64,000 nucleotides of DNA from an uncultured Fibrobacterota bacterium. Its GTDB lineage: Bacteria > Fibrobacterota > Chitinivibrionia > Chitinivibrionales > FEN-1185. Shown here in pieces: positions 1 to 9,771 of this stretch (position 1 is the first letter of the stretch; every line of letters begins with the position of its first letter). The notes under the pieces are model-generated. The model saw only the letters and a program-made list of their open reading frames with translations. It was not told the DNA's origin and did no database searches. The stretch is taken from contig CAVSQB010000036.1 in the NCBI GenBank assembly GCA_963729895.1, positions 31,227 to 95,226 of the forward strand, read 5' to 3'. Both the position numbers and the translations under genes were made by a program.

Positions 1-1396
1 CCAGGCCAAGTCCGGAGCCGTGGTGCCTGAGTGTTGCAGGGTTTTTTCCCCGGTAGAACTTTCCAAAAACTTTGTCCACGTCCTCGGGGTCTATTCCGGC
101 CCCGAAGTCCCTCACGCTTACCGCGATGCCGTCCTCTTTCACGTATGCGGTGACGATGATTTCTTGTGAATCGCCGGAGTATTTGATGGCGTTGTCGATA
201 AGGTTGTACAAAACCCGCACGATACGGTCGGCGTCGGCCATTACATCGGGCATTGCAGGAGGGATGTCCACGATAATTCCCTTGCGCAGGGAAATGGAAA
301 ACGAATCAACTGCGGTGCGGACGAGGGTCGCAACGTTTACCGGCTTCCGCTGTAACGAAATATTTCCCGATTCGATTTTGGAGATGTCCAGATATTCCTC
401 AACGAGCGAGGACAGCCGTTTCCCTTCCGATTCAATGATGTCCAGATACTGGCCCTGCTGGTCCTTTGAGAGCGGAAGGGTCCGGAGCGTCTTTGCGAAT
501 CCAATAATGGAGGTGAGCGGAGTTCGCAATTCGTGCGAAACCATCGAAACAAAATCCGACTTGAGCATGTCGAGTTCGCGAAGTTTTCTGTTGGAGTCTT
601 CGAGCTGCAGGTGCTTTTCGCGGAGATCCCTGTTGCGATTAGTCAATTCATTGGTAGCGCGGTCTATTTCCTGCTTCATGGAAGTGGTGAGCACCTGCAG
701 GCGCTGCGCCATGGTATTGAAGGCGCGGGAAAGCCGGCCCACAACGTCGTCGGAAGAAACGGAAACCCTGCTTGAAAAGTCGCCGGTTGCCATCTTGTCG
801 GAAATTTCCCTCATTTCCTCGAGCGGCTTCAGCAGAATGCCCGAAATAAGCCAGGCCACGAACAGGATAATGAGGATTTCGACGGAATCGATGGCTATTT
901 CCCAGTATACGGTTGAAGCGATATCACCGAAGGCCGGTGCGAGTGAATAGTTGATTTGAAGGAACTGCGGTGCTATCCCGCCCAGGGGCCTGCCGTGTAT
1001 CGCAAACGACTTGAGAAAAAACCTCCCCACAGGTTTTGACCTGGAAACGGGCTCGGTTGACGGATGCTGCTTTCCGATGATAAAGCGGTTGGTTGATGCC
1101 AGCACCATTGCCGCGCTGTCGAGGATGGAAACTTCCTTGATTTGGGGCTGCAAAACGGCGAAATTGAGAATTTCGGCGAGTCTGGTGCTGTCGTGATCCA
1201 AAAGCGCGTCGGTTACGTCGGATGCCAAGAACTGTCCCTCGGAACCGAGGGCGTCGAGCTCCCGATGAATGGCAATGTCGCGTACTGCCACGATTTCGTT
1301 GGCCGACAGGATGATGAACATGGGAATATTGACAACAAGGAGCGCCAGCAGCAGTTTTGCCCTGTAACTAAGGGATATGAAGCGTTTTGGTATCAT
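1..1396 (-). CDS. Membrane sensor histidine kinase (HAMP-HisKA-HATPase), 3' end runs off the window
   Basis: Hand translation from ATG 1396 (MIPKRFISLSYRAKLLLALLVV..., TM segment); H-box SDFVSMVSHELRTPLTS; G2 box HGSGLGL at the window edge. Not in the ORF track because it has no stop in the window. Confidence 0.9.
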   Translation of the reverse strand, partial: MIPKRFISLSYRAKLLLALLVVNIPMFIILSANEIVAVRDIAIHRELDALGSEGQFLASDVTDALLDHDSTRLAEILNFAVLQPQIKEVSILDSAAMVLASTNRFIIGKQHPSTEPVSRSKPVGRFFLKSFAIHGRPLGGIAPQFLQINYSLAPAFGDIASTVYWEIAIDSVEILIILFVAWLISGILLKPLEEMREISDKMATGDFSSRVSVSSDDVVGRLSRAFNTMAQRLQVLTTSMKQEIDRATNELTNRNRDLREKHLQLEDSNRKLRELDMLKSDFVSMVSHELRTPLTSIIGFAKTLRTLPLSKDQQGQYLDIIESEGKRLSSLVEEYLDISKIESGNISLQRKPVNVATLVRTAVDSFSISLRKGIIVDIPPAMPDVMADADRIVRVLYNLIDNAIKYSGDSQEIIVTAYVKEDGIAVSVRDFGAGIDPEDVDKVFGKFYRGKNPATLRHHGSGLGL

Positions 1397-1587
1397 GAAG
1401 CCCCGCGGGAAGAACACCCAAATATATTAGACTCGCGAATCAGGAATTCGTTTGTGGCGGCCCCAATCGAATAAGATTGCCGTGCCTTCAGATTGAATAA
1501 CACAGCCTGCGCATTCCCCGCGAGTTCGCTTGCGCGGCTACTCCTGTAGGGTTGTACGCAGGTGTAGTCGTGGTGGCGCGGGGTTCT

Positions 1588-2559
1588 TCAATGAAGTTGG
1601 TACACTTTCCAGGTGCTTGCAACAAGCGTTTCGCAGTCACTGTAGCGCGAATGCCATCCAAGGAGGTCGGACGCCTTTCGTGACGATGCGATCATCACCG
1701 CCGAATCGCCGGGCCTTCTTGCCGTGATCTCCGCCGGGATGGACCTACCCGTGATGCGGCGCGCCATGCTAATCATCGACAGGACGCTGATGCCGGCCTC
1801 ACTGCCGAGATTCAACGTGATACTCGAGTCGTGTTGCGCAATGTAGTCGCAGGCCCGGAGGTGGGCTTCGGCCAAATCGCTCACGTGTATGTAGTCGCGC
1901 ACGCCCGTGCCGTCGCTTGTGCCGTAGTCGTTCCCGAAAATGAATAATGATTTCCGAATCCCGGCCGCCACCTCCATGACAATGGGGAGCAGATTTTGCG
2001 GATTTTTTTCAATCCCCGTAATCCGGCCCGCAACGTCGTAGCCGGCCGCATTGAAGTACCGGAGGGCCGCGAAGCGAATGCCCCGGAGTCTTTCGTACCA
2101 TGCGAGGAGCCGCTCGATTTCCAGTTTTGTGAATCCATAGTAATTGATCGGCTCGGTAGGATGTAATTCGTCAACGGGAATGCGGGACGGCGCGCCGTAG
2201 ACCGCCGCCGACGAGGAAAAGACGATGCGCGGAATGCCGGCGACGCTGGCTGCGTTGAGAATGTTGACCGTGCCGCATATGTTGTTTGTGGAATATTTTT
2301 CCGGTGCAATCATGGATTCGTCCGCCGCCTTGAGCGCGGCCAGGTGGACAAGGGCGTCGAACCCTCGCCGCATAGTGTCAAGTAAAAGCGGGTAGTCGAG
2401 GATGTCGCCCTGCACGAACGCCGCGCCGGGAAAGAGGTTTTCACGGCACCCGGAAGACATGTTGTCGTACACGGTGACCGAATCGCCTCTATCAAGAAAT
2501 GCACGCACAACGTGGCTGCCGATGTAGCCCGCGCCGCCGATGACGAGAATCCTGCCCAT
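1588..2559 (-). CDS. galE: UDP-glucose 4-epimerase
   Basis: Start placed at MGRILVIGGAGYIGSH (NAD-binding GxxGxxG); FSSSAAVYG, YGFTK, LRYFNAAG and RDYIHVSDLA motifs. The upstream part of the track ORF overlaps the S1 gene. Confidence 0.95.
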   Translation of the reverse strand: MGRILVIGGAGYIGSHVVRAFLDRGDSVTVYDNMSSGCRENLFPGAAFVQGDILDYPLLLDTMRRGFDALVHLAALKAADESMIAPEKYSTNNICGTVNILNAASVAGIPRIVFSSSAAVYGAPSRIPVDELHPTEPINYYGFTKLEIERLLAWYERLRGIRFAALRYFNAAGYDVAGRITGIEKNPQNLLPIVMEVAAGIRKSLFIFGNDYGTSDGTGVRDYIHVSDLAEAHLRACDYIAQHDSSITLNLGSEAGISVLSMISMARRITGRSIPAEITARRPGDSAVMIASSRKASDLLGWHSRYSDCETLVASTWKVYQLH

Positions 2560-2570
2560 GCGGTCCCCGG

Positions 2571-4064
2571 CTACGAGTGCTTTTTCTGAAGCGCCAGCTT
2601 GAGCGCGGCGCCGAATTCGGTGTCCGCGGGCGGCCCGGCCTGTTGCTTCTGTCCGGACAGGAACTGCTTTACCTCGGCCGCCTGGGTGCGTTCGCCGGCA
2701 ATACCCAACGACAGCGAAATCCTGCGTCGCTCGATGTCTATGGACTCGATGGTCACCTGAAGCTGCGCGCCCGCTTTGATGGCGTCCTTCTTCTCCTGCG
2801 CAATGTTGCCGAACGGGAGGAGCCCGGTAATTCCCTCGGCGAGGTCGATAAAGAACCCGAAGCGCGTGTTCTGCGCCACCGTGCCCTGCACGATTGATCC
2901 GGCGGAGAATCTGGCCTCGATGTTGTTCCACGGGTCGCTTGCCGCGTCCTTGAGGCTGCACGAGATCTCGTGTTTGTCCTGATTGACGGAAAGGATTGTC
3001 ACCTGCACCAGCTGGCCTTCCGAAACCACGTCGCCCGGATGGCGGATCTTTTTTTCCCAGCTCATTTCGGAGATGTGGATGAGTCCTTCCACACCGGGAA
3101 TGAGCTGGACAAATGCGCCGAAGGTCGCGAGCCTGGTGATTTTCCCCTGCACCGTCATTCCCGGCGCAAACGCGGTCCCCACGGTGGTCCACGGATTTGC
3201 GTACACTTGTTTGAGCGACAGCGATATCTTGGATTGCCGCAATTGCTCCTTCCGCTCGACGGCCAGAACAAGACAGTCAACCTTCTGGCCCGGCTCAAAG
3301 CTCTTCGAAAGGTCCTCCGAGCGCTCCCACGACACTTCCGATATGTGAATGAGCCCTTCAAATCCGCCTAGGTCCACGAACAGCCCGAACGGCATGATCC
3401 GGGTGATCGTGCCGGAAACAAGGGTTTTTGGTTCGATGCAGGCGGCAAGGTTGTCGAGAACCTGTCCCATGTCCGCTTCGAGAAGGGGAAGCCGCGATAC
3501 CACGATGTTGCGGCCGCCCTCCGTGACGCGTACGATCACAAACGGTAGCGACTTGTTGAGAAAAACGTTCGGATCTTCAACGCGTTTCAGGTCTATTTGT
3601 GAAATGGGGCAGAACGCCCTTTGGCCCATGATTTTCACGTTGAAGCCGCCCTTGTTGATGCCGGTGACCTTCCCGTCAACAGGCAATTTTGCCTTCATGG
3701 CGTCGACAATGTCGCTGAGGGAATTGTCCGCCGCGGCGGTCTTGGAGGATAATTTCTTGGAGAGCGTGATGCCGCCGGAAAGGGAGACAACATATCCCTC
3801 AAAAGTGTCGCCCGTGCTCACGGAAAGTGTGCCGTCTTCTTTCCTGAGCTCGGACAATTCCACGACAGCTTCGTTCTTGCCGCCTATTTCCACGAACGCG
3901 TATTTATCGGAAATCTTGATGATCTTCCCTGAGACTTTAGCACCTTTCTCAAGGTTGACCGCGACAGGCTTGTCGTAGGTGCCGAGCATGGTGAGCAATT
4001 CCTTTTCAGCTCTTGTTTCCGAGGTTTCTTCGTCGAAAAAGGTGTCGTGTTTCTTGGTGTGCAT
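2571..4064 (-). CDS. rpsA: Ribosomal protein S1-like multi-S1-domain RNA-binding protein
   Basis: Repeated S1 motifs (FGLFVDLGGFEGLIHISEVSW, FGAFVQLIPGVEGLIHISEMSW, FGFFIDLAEGITGLLP); 497 aa, possibly a paralog. Confidence 0.8.
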   Translation of the reverse strand: MHTKKHDTFFDEETSETRAEKELLTMLGTYDKPVAVNLEKGAKVSGKIIKISDKYAFVEIGGKNEAVVELSELRKEDGTLSVSTGDTFEGYVVSLSGGITLSKKLSSKTAAADNSLSDIVDAMKAKLPVDGKVTGINKGGFNVKIMGQRAFCPISQIDLKRVEDPNVFLNKSLPFVIVRVTEGGRNIVVSRLPLLEADMGQVLDNLAACIEPKTLVSGTITRIMPFGLFVDLGGFEGLIHISEVSWERSEDLSKSFEPGQKVDCLVLAVERKEQLRQSKISLSLKQVYANPWTTVGTAFAPGMTVQGKITRLATFGAFVQLIPGVEGLIHISEMSWEKKIRHPGDVVSEGQLVQVTILSVNQDKHEISCSLKDAASDPWNNIEARFSAGSIVQGTVAQNTRFGFFIDLAEGITGLLPFGNIAQEKKDAIKAGAQLQVTIESIDIERRRISLSLGIAGERTQAAEVKQFLSGQKQQAGPPADTEFGAALKLALQKKHS

Positions 4065-4218
4065 TGAGTGCTCCCGGATATTCTGATGAGAATGACGGTT
4101 TTTGATGAAACGAAGCTCTGCGGGCTTGAGAAAAATATCTTATTACGGGGAAACAAGCCAAGAATAGTAGATAGAGATTTAGCCCGGAGAAAGAGGGATG
4201 TCGGGAAGAAAGAAACCT

Positions 4219-4309
4219 TGGGCGCCTGCCGAGTACGGCACCGTGTCTCCTTCCGGGCTCGGCCGGTTAGGCCTCGGTGCCGGATCGCCCCAATGCCTTC
4301 GGCGGGGTC
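4219..4309 (+). repeat. Structured GC-rich intergenic repeat, copy A
   Basis: Shares GGGCGCC, GGCTCGGCCGGT, GGCCTCGGTGCCG and CAATG blocks with the inverted copy at 4969-5061. Confidence 0.7.
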
Positions 4310-4968
4310 GACCGGCACTGCACTCTCTGGAGCACCGCTCCAGTCCACACTGGCGCGCGGGCAGGGGACCGTTGCCGCATTTGTTTGCGCCAGCTGCCTT
4401 GATAGTGAGGTTGGGTTAAGAGAACTTCCGGCCTTAACAAGAGGGTGATTTTATGGACTCAAAAGCAGAACTGGCCAGTTACGTACTGGCCAGGGCTATC
4501 ACGGTCGTTCCGTCCGCGACTATCCGCCACGTCAGCATGGTCGCCAGCCGCATAACGGCTGGTGGCTGGCAGGTGGAATCATCTTGGCCGATGCCTTGGG
4601 AGAGTTGGCTGCAACGGATGATAAGGAGCTACTGGTCGTGATAGAGCACACGATGGAGTAACGAGCGAAAAGGTAGGCAGACTCAGATAGGACAAGGGCC
4701 GTGATGATATACACGACAGCTTTTTTTAAAGAACTGAGTTACTAGAATTGGGCGATGTCCTGCCCCTCTTTTCACCAAAATACCTACCCAATCCTTGGCT
4801 GTGGAGTACCCACGCGGTGCAGTCGGCATGGCCAATATTGGGAGCCCGAGGTGACGGGTTGAAAAGCGAATGCGCCTATGTAGCCGGCCCCGGGTGAGTC
4901 GCCGACAGCGGGCACCCACGGTGGGAATCTCTGAAGTCTTTTGCGATTGCCAATCTTGACAACCACCT

Positions 4969-5061
4969 GACCGCGGCCACAGGCCATTGCGGCAGGCGGC
5001 ACCGAGGCCGACCGGCCGAGCCTAGAGGGAGGGCCGCCGCTGGGAAGCAGCGGGGCGCCCA
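4969..5061 (-). repeat. Structured GC-rich intergenic repeat, copy B (inverted relative to A)
   Basis: Reverse complement aligns with 4219-4309. Confidence 0.7.
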
Positions 5062-5166
5062 GATTCTTATCTTGATATTGGTACACGCAACTGAAGGTTC
5101 GGGCTTGCCATTGGCGCTTCCACGCCGCACACGCTCAGCAACCCATATGTATTTTTGTCAATCGTA

Positions 5167-6033
5167 CTAGTCTCTCCCAATCTCCTTCATCAGTTCCGCC
5201 ACCTTCTTCATGTCCGTCTCTCTCTCATACAGCGGCCGTTTGTCTTCCCGGTATACGCCGCACGCTTCTTCGAACGGAACCTTGCCGTTATTGACATAAA
5301 AGACGCCGAGCGGATACTTGTCGGTCCTGATGGCAAGCTCGAAGGCATGAACCCTGTTGGTCGTATCGTGCGTTTCCTCGAGATAATAGGTGTTGTCCTT
5401 GAACCACTTGAGCGTGTTCACTTTATTGTAGGTGACGCAGGGCTGGAATATGTCAACGAGGGCGTAGCCTTTGTGGAGAATTGCTTTCTTCACGATTTCT
5501 TTGGTTTGCGGGATGTCGCCGGCAAAGGCGCGCGCAATAAAGGAGGCGTCGAGCGCAAGTGCGACAGCCAGCGGATTGAACGGCTCGAGTATCACGCCGT
5601 CGACCTGCACCGGGGTCACGAACCCGCGCTTGGACGTGGGAGAGGCCTGGCCCTTGGTAAGCCCGTAGACCATGTTGTCGTGTACGATGTGCGTTATGTC
5701 CGGGTTCCTTCGCACGGTGTGGATAAAATGATTGCCGCCCTCGCCGTACATGTCGCCGTCGCCGCCTTCGGCAATGACGGTAAGCTGCGGGTTGGACGCC
5801 TTAATCGCGGTGGCGGCGGGAAGCGCTCTGCCGTGCAGCCCGTTAAACATGTTGGTATTGAAATAATGGGGCGTCTTGGGCGCCTGGCCGATGCCGCAGG
5901 CGACCACGAGGTTTTGCGGAGCTATGGAGAGTTCCGCGATTGCCTGTTTAATGGCGTCGAGAATTGAGAAATTGCCGCACCCGGGGCACCAGGCGATGTC
6001 GATGTCGGGCTTGTCGTAGACTGAAGTGTCCAT
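5167..6033 (-). CDS. korB: 2-oxoacid:ferredoxin oxidoreductase beta subunit (TPP-binding)
   Basis: [35 protein letters not shown] and QPCVTYN motifs. Confidence 0.93.
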   Translation of the reverse strand: MDTSVYDKPDIDIAWCPGCGNFSILDAIKQAIAELSIAPQNLVVACGIGQAPKTPHYFNTNMFNGLHGRALPAATAIKASNPQLTVIAEGGDGDMYGEGGNHFIHTVRRNPDITHIVHDNMVYGLTKGQASPTSKRGFVTPVQVDGVILEPFNPLAVALALDASFIARAFAGDIPQTKEIVKKAILHKGYALVDIFQPCVTYNKVNTLKWFKDNTYYLEETHDTTNRVHAFELAIRTDKYPLGVFYVNNGKVPFEEACGVYREDKRPLYERETDMKKVAELMKEIGRD

Positions 6034-6196
6034 TTAGAATCCTTTTGGAGCAAACGAAAAGTTGACAGTAGAATACACCACTACTTTCAACCTTCTCCTT
6101 CTTCTCTGTGCTCTCTGTACCTCTGTGGTGATTTTGTTTCTTAACGTCCTTTGCGATCCCCCGGTTCCGCGAGGGCAAACTTTGCGAGAAGCTCTT

Positions 6197-7909
6197 CTAA
6201 ATTACCTTGCCGATCTTTTCTACCAGTTCCTCCACAGAAAACGGCATCCCGTTGTACTTGAGGATTTTTTCGTGCGCTCCGTATCCAAATGTAAGTTTGA
6301 GAAGCTTGGCAAGCTGTCCTGTTGCGTTGTTCTCCACCACGATCAGCTTCTTTGTCTTTGTGAGCGCGACGTCGACCATTTCATGCAGTGGGTACACCTG
6401 GGGAATGTGCAGCATGGCGGTATTCTTCCACCCGATTCTGATAAGCGCCTCGCGCACCGAATAGTAGTTGGAGCCCCAGCACACAACCAGGTTATGGAAC
6501 GTGTCCGGCCCAACAAACCGTGGCGGCACCATGTCTTCCGGGTCAAAATCGGCTTTCTTGAGCCGCTTATCCACCATCCGGGTCCGCAGGTCCAAATCCT
6601 CGGTAATGTATCCTTCTTCGGTATGTTCGTCGCTGTCAACACAGACGATTCCTGCTCCCAACCCCGGAATGCCTCTGGGAGAAATGCCGCTCTTGGTGAT
6701 AGCAAACCGTTTATACCCCTCCGCTGTTTTGATGACGTTCTTCTTCACGTCGTACTTCGAAAAGTCAACCGGCTGCATGCCGGCGCTGGAGTCAAGGAAG
6801 TACTGGTCGGTGAGGACAAACACCGGTACTTGATATTTGTCGGCTATGGTGAAGGCTTTGTGCATGATGTCGACGGCGCCTGCCAGGGTCCCGGGTGCAA
6901 ACACGACCCTGGGGAATTCACCGTGGCCCGCGTACAGGACGAGTTCAAGGTCTGCCTGCTCGGTGCGGGTGGGCAAACCCGTTGCGGGGCCGGGCCTTTG
7001 GCCCACATGAATAACCACTGGCGTCTCAAGCATGCCGCTGAGGCTTATGCCTTCGCACATCAGAGCAAATCCGCCCCCCGATGTGGTGGCGAGCGCCCTG
7101 CCGCCCGCGTACCATGCCCCGAGCGCCATGTTGACCGCCGCGATTTCGTCTTCCGCCTGTTCCACCACCATGCCGAACTCTTTCTTGTGCCGGGCGAGAA
7201 ACGTCAGAACGCCGGTGGACGGGGACATAGGATACGATGACACGAAATCGCAGCCCCCGGCCAAGGCGCCGAGTCCGATGGCCTGCGCGCCGGTGAGGAA
7301 AAGCTCATCCTTGACAGATGGGTCTCTGGCGATCGTGGCGGTCAGCACCCCGCGTGAAACCAGCGCATCGCCAAGATGAAAACCTCGGCGGGCCGCTTCC
7401 GCGTTTTTCTCCGAGATTTCAGGTTTTCTGGCGCCGAAATATTCCTTGGCGTAACCGGCTGCCAGGTCGATCGGGACATTCAGCAGCGCGCACACGGCTC
7501 CGACCGCGACAGAGCTCGCGTACATCGTGCCGCCCACACCAATCGCGGTCTGCGTGAAAGGAACATCAACTACAGGGAAAGCGGCCGGAAGAACGGCCCT
7601 CTCGCCCAGGATAAGCGTGTGTGCGGATATCCTCTTTTCGCTATGTTGCAGCGCCGGACCGTCGAGCGGAACAAGAACGTCGATCTTGTCTACGTGTGTG
7701 GCGATTTTGAGTGCGGAAACGCGAATCTCGGTTGAATTGCTGCCGCCCCGGATGCGCGACATGAATTCGCTGGTGCAAAACACGTTGTACCCTGCCTTGC
7801 GCAGGATACGCGGAAGAAGTTGTTCAATGGTGTGGATTCCCTGGCCGGCGGGCCCCGCAAGTACAATGGACACATCGTCGCGAAGAGTAAATCCCCCAGG
7901 TTCGTTCAT
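6197..7909 (-). CDS. korA: 2-oxoacid:ferredoxin oxidoreductase alpha subunit
   Basis: AGQG, SRIRGG, YPMSPST, EDEIAA, TTSGGGF, QRPGPATGLPTRTEQ and VENNATGQL motifs; start probably MNEPGG at 7909. Confidence 0.93.
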   Translation of the reverse strand: MNEPGGFTLRDDVSIVLAGPAGQGIHTIEQLLPRILRKAGYNVFCTSEFMSRIRGGSNSTEIRVSALKIATHVDKIDVLVPLDGPALQHSEKRISAHTLILGERAVLPAAFPVVDVPFTQTAIGVGGTMYASSVAVGAVCALLNVPIDLAAGYAKEYFGARKPEISEKNAEAARRGFHLGDALVSRGVLTATIARDPSVKDELFLTGAQAIGLGALAGGCDFVSSYPMSPSTGVLTFLARHKKEFGMVVEQAEDEIAAVNMALGAWYAGGRALATTSGGGFALMCEGISLSGMLETPVVIHVGQRPGPATGLPTRTEQADLELVLYAGHGEFPRVVFAPGTLAGAVDIMHKAFTIADKYQVPVFVLTDQYFLDSSAGMQPVDFSKYDVKKNVIKTAEGYKRFAITKSGISPRGIPGLGAGIVCVDSDEHTEEGYITEDLDLRTRMVDKRLKKADFDPEDMVPPRFVGPDTFHNLVVCWGSNYYSVREALIRIGWKNTAMLHIPQVYPLHEMVDVALTKTKKLIVVENNATGQLAKLLKLTFGYGAHEKILKYNGMPFSVEELVEKIGKVI

Positions 7910-8022
7910 GGACGCTCCCCATTCTTGTTGGAGTATGGGCACCGACAAAATTACGTTGTCAGCGTACCATACGTTTCAAAAAAAGAAGGATCCGCCAAGG
8001 CCGCAACAAGGCGAAAACCAGG

Positions 8023-9402
8023 CTATAACGGGTCTTCGGAAATGTTGCGCAGTGCCGCGTGCTGCCGGCGCCTCAGTTGAATGAACCCGGTGAGGCCGAT
8101 GCAGAACCACAGCCACACGATGGCGCACAGCAATTCTTCGAAAAACGCGATGCCGCCGTGCAGTCCGGAGAGGAAATTGCTCGCCACAATAGCGAGCAAC
8201 GACAGGCCGAACGCGATGATAATGGTGACCGCAGACAGCATTTGTTTCGTGGACGCCACGGCAATATAGGCGAGCATGCCGAACACCACGATCGGCACGA
8301 TTATGTTGTCGTATGCGAGAAGGTAGGAAAGCCTCACCGAGAAATGCGACGACAGGAACACCTGGGAGCCCCTGTTGAGGTAGGCGAGGAGCGCATTGAG
8401 CGTTTCCCCGCCGGCGAGCGCAAACAGCATGGTAAACATGTACAGCCGCTGCTTGGACAAAAGGGAAACGATTGCCGCCGCAATGCCCGCGCATACAGAC
8501 AATGCAGACCCGAATTTTGCTATTGCCAACACAATGAGGCTCTGCCGCTCCGTTAGCCAGCTGTCGATGGCCGTTGACAGAACCTCCTCAAACCGTACAA
8601 ACGGATCGTACTCGGCCAATCCGCGCGTGGTAATCGAGACGAAGAGTACCAGGCATGTCGTGATTACGAGCCCCACGGCAAAGATCACCGTAACTGAGAG
8701 CCGCGAGAGCCTGGGCGAGCCGTTGCGTACCGAAATGAGCGCGGAGCCGTACAACAGGCGCCTCATGGTAAGCCGAAGCCCGGTGGCGGCGGCGCCGTGT
8801 TCGGGGGGCGGCACGGTGGTGTAAATCCAGCGCCGCAGGTACCATGTGGCCGCAATCATTGCAAGGCCGAGCAGCGCGCCCCACCCGAAAATCCGGATGA
8901 GGTGTTCCACTTCGTCAAGATTCTGACCGAACACGTACCCGATGGTTCCGAAAATTGACGCCCACACGATGGCGCCCAGCGCGTTGAATACCGTAAACGT
9001 GAGATACGGCATCTTGCTGACGCCTGCGAAGAGCGACAGATAGGTCCGCACAATGCCTATGAAGCGTCCAAAGAAAACGGTGGACGAACCGTGACGAACG
9101 AAGAAATCGGTGAGCCGCTGGATTTTCTCTGGGTTGAGCCCGATGTATCTGCCCCAGCGCTCCACAAAACCCTGACCCAAGAGACGGCCGAGCCAGTAGC
9201 CACCCGTGCCTCCCAGGATCGCCGCGGCGGAGGCAATGATGATCACCGCGGCAATTGACAGTTTGCCAGCACCGGCAAATCCCGATGCGACAAGAAGCGC
9301 CGTTTCGCCTGGGATTGGAAATCCGGCGCACTCGAACAGAATGAAAGCCGCGACAATGGCGTAACCGAACGTGGTGACGAGATGGGCAATAGTTCCCAGC
9401 AT
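8023..9402 (-). CDS. DedA (SNARE-associated/VTT) membrane protein with degenerate C-terminal PAP2-like region
   Basis: FECAGFPIPGETALL and FFGRFIGIVR DedA motifs; start placed at MLGTIAHL. Confidence 0.85.
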   Translation of the reverse strand: MLGTIAHLVTTFGYAIVAAFILFECAGFPIPGETALLVASGFAGAGKLSIAAVIIIASAAAILGGTGGYWLGRLLGQGFVERWGRYIGLNPEKIQRLTDFFVRHGSSTVFFGRFIGIVRTYLSLFAGVSKMPYLTFTVFNALGAIVWASIFGTIGYVFGQNLDEVEHLIRIFGWGALLGLAMIAATWYLRRWIYTTVPPPEHGAAATGLRLTMRRLLYGSALISVRNGSPRLSRLSVTVIFAVGLVITTCLVLFVSITTRGLAEYDPFVRFEEVLSTAIDSWLTERQSLIVLAIAKFGSALSVCAGIAAAIVSLLSKQRLYMFTMLFALAGGETLNALLAYLNRGSQVFLSSHFSVRLSYLLAYDNIIVPIVVFGMLAYIAVASTKQMLSAVTIIIAFGLSLLAIVASNFLSGLHGGIAFFEELLCAIVWLWFCIGLTGFIQLRRRQHAALRNISEDPL

Positions 9403-9771
9403 AGGATTCGCCAATGCGAAGTGGTAACGGTCGCATGCGCCGGCGTGCGATCCGAGCGGATCAAAATACACTATCCGGATGAAGGCCTGGATAAAAACAC
9501 GACTGCCCGGCATCCCAGGCAGGGGAACAGTGGCAGGCGGCCGGGAACCAGCCGCCTCAGCGCACTCCGGCGGCAAAAAGCCCTCGGCAGAAGCACAGAA
9601 GAAAGTCAGCGATTCCGCTTTTTTGTTGCCCCGCCCCGTCTCCCAATCTACGATGGCCGTATGAAATTATCATTACGTCAACATCAGCAACGGGAACAAC
9701 CCTACGAAAATTAGGTATGCGTCAGGAAACGATCCCCGACGCACCCGCTTACCCGCGAAGAATCTGATGTG

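Noticed and set aside
72..950. 292-aa plus-strand ORF
   Set aside because: Antisense shadow of the minus-strand histidine kinase, which has clear H and G boxes.
1500..1587. GC-rich hairpin region between galE and the kinase as a possible ncRNA
   Set aside because: No recognisable family motif; pairing is explainable by high GC.
2560..3192. Apparent 211-aa N-terminal extension of GalE
   Set aside because: Alternative frame of the S1 gene with Arg/Gly-rich composition; the GalE motif starts at 2559.
6095..6190. CTCTGTG/CTTTGCG short periodic repeats between korA and korB
   Set aside because: Low-complexity intergenic repeat, single locus here, no spacer structure; not a CRISPR array.
9490..9600. 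Possible cobalamin riboswitch upstream of dedA (GCCACTG, hairpins)
   Set aside because: Other conserved riboswitch elements could not be placed in the right order; a covariance search would be needed.
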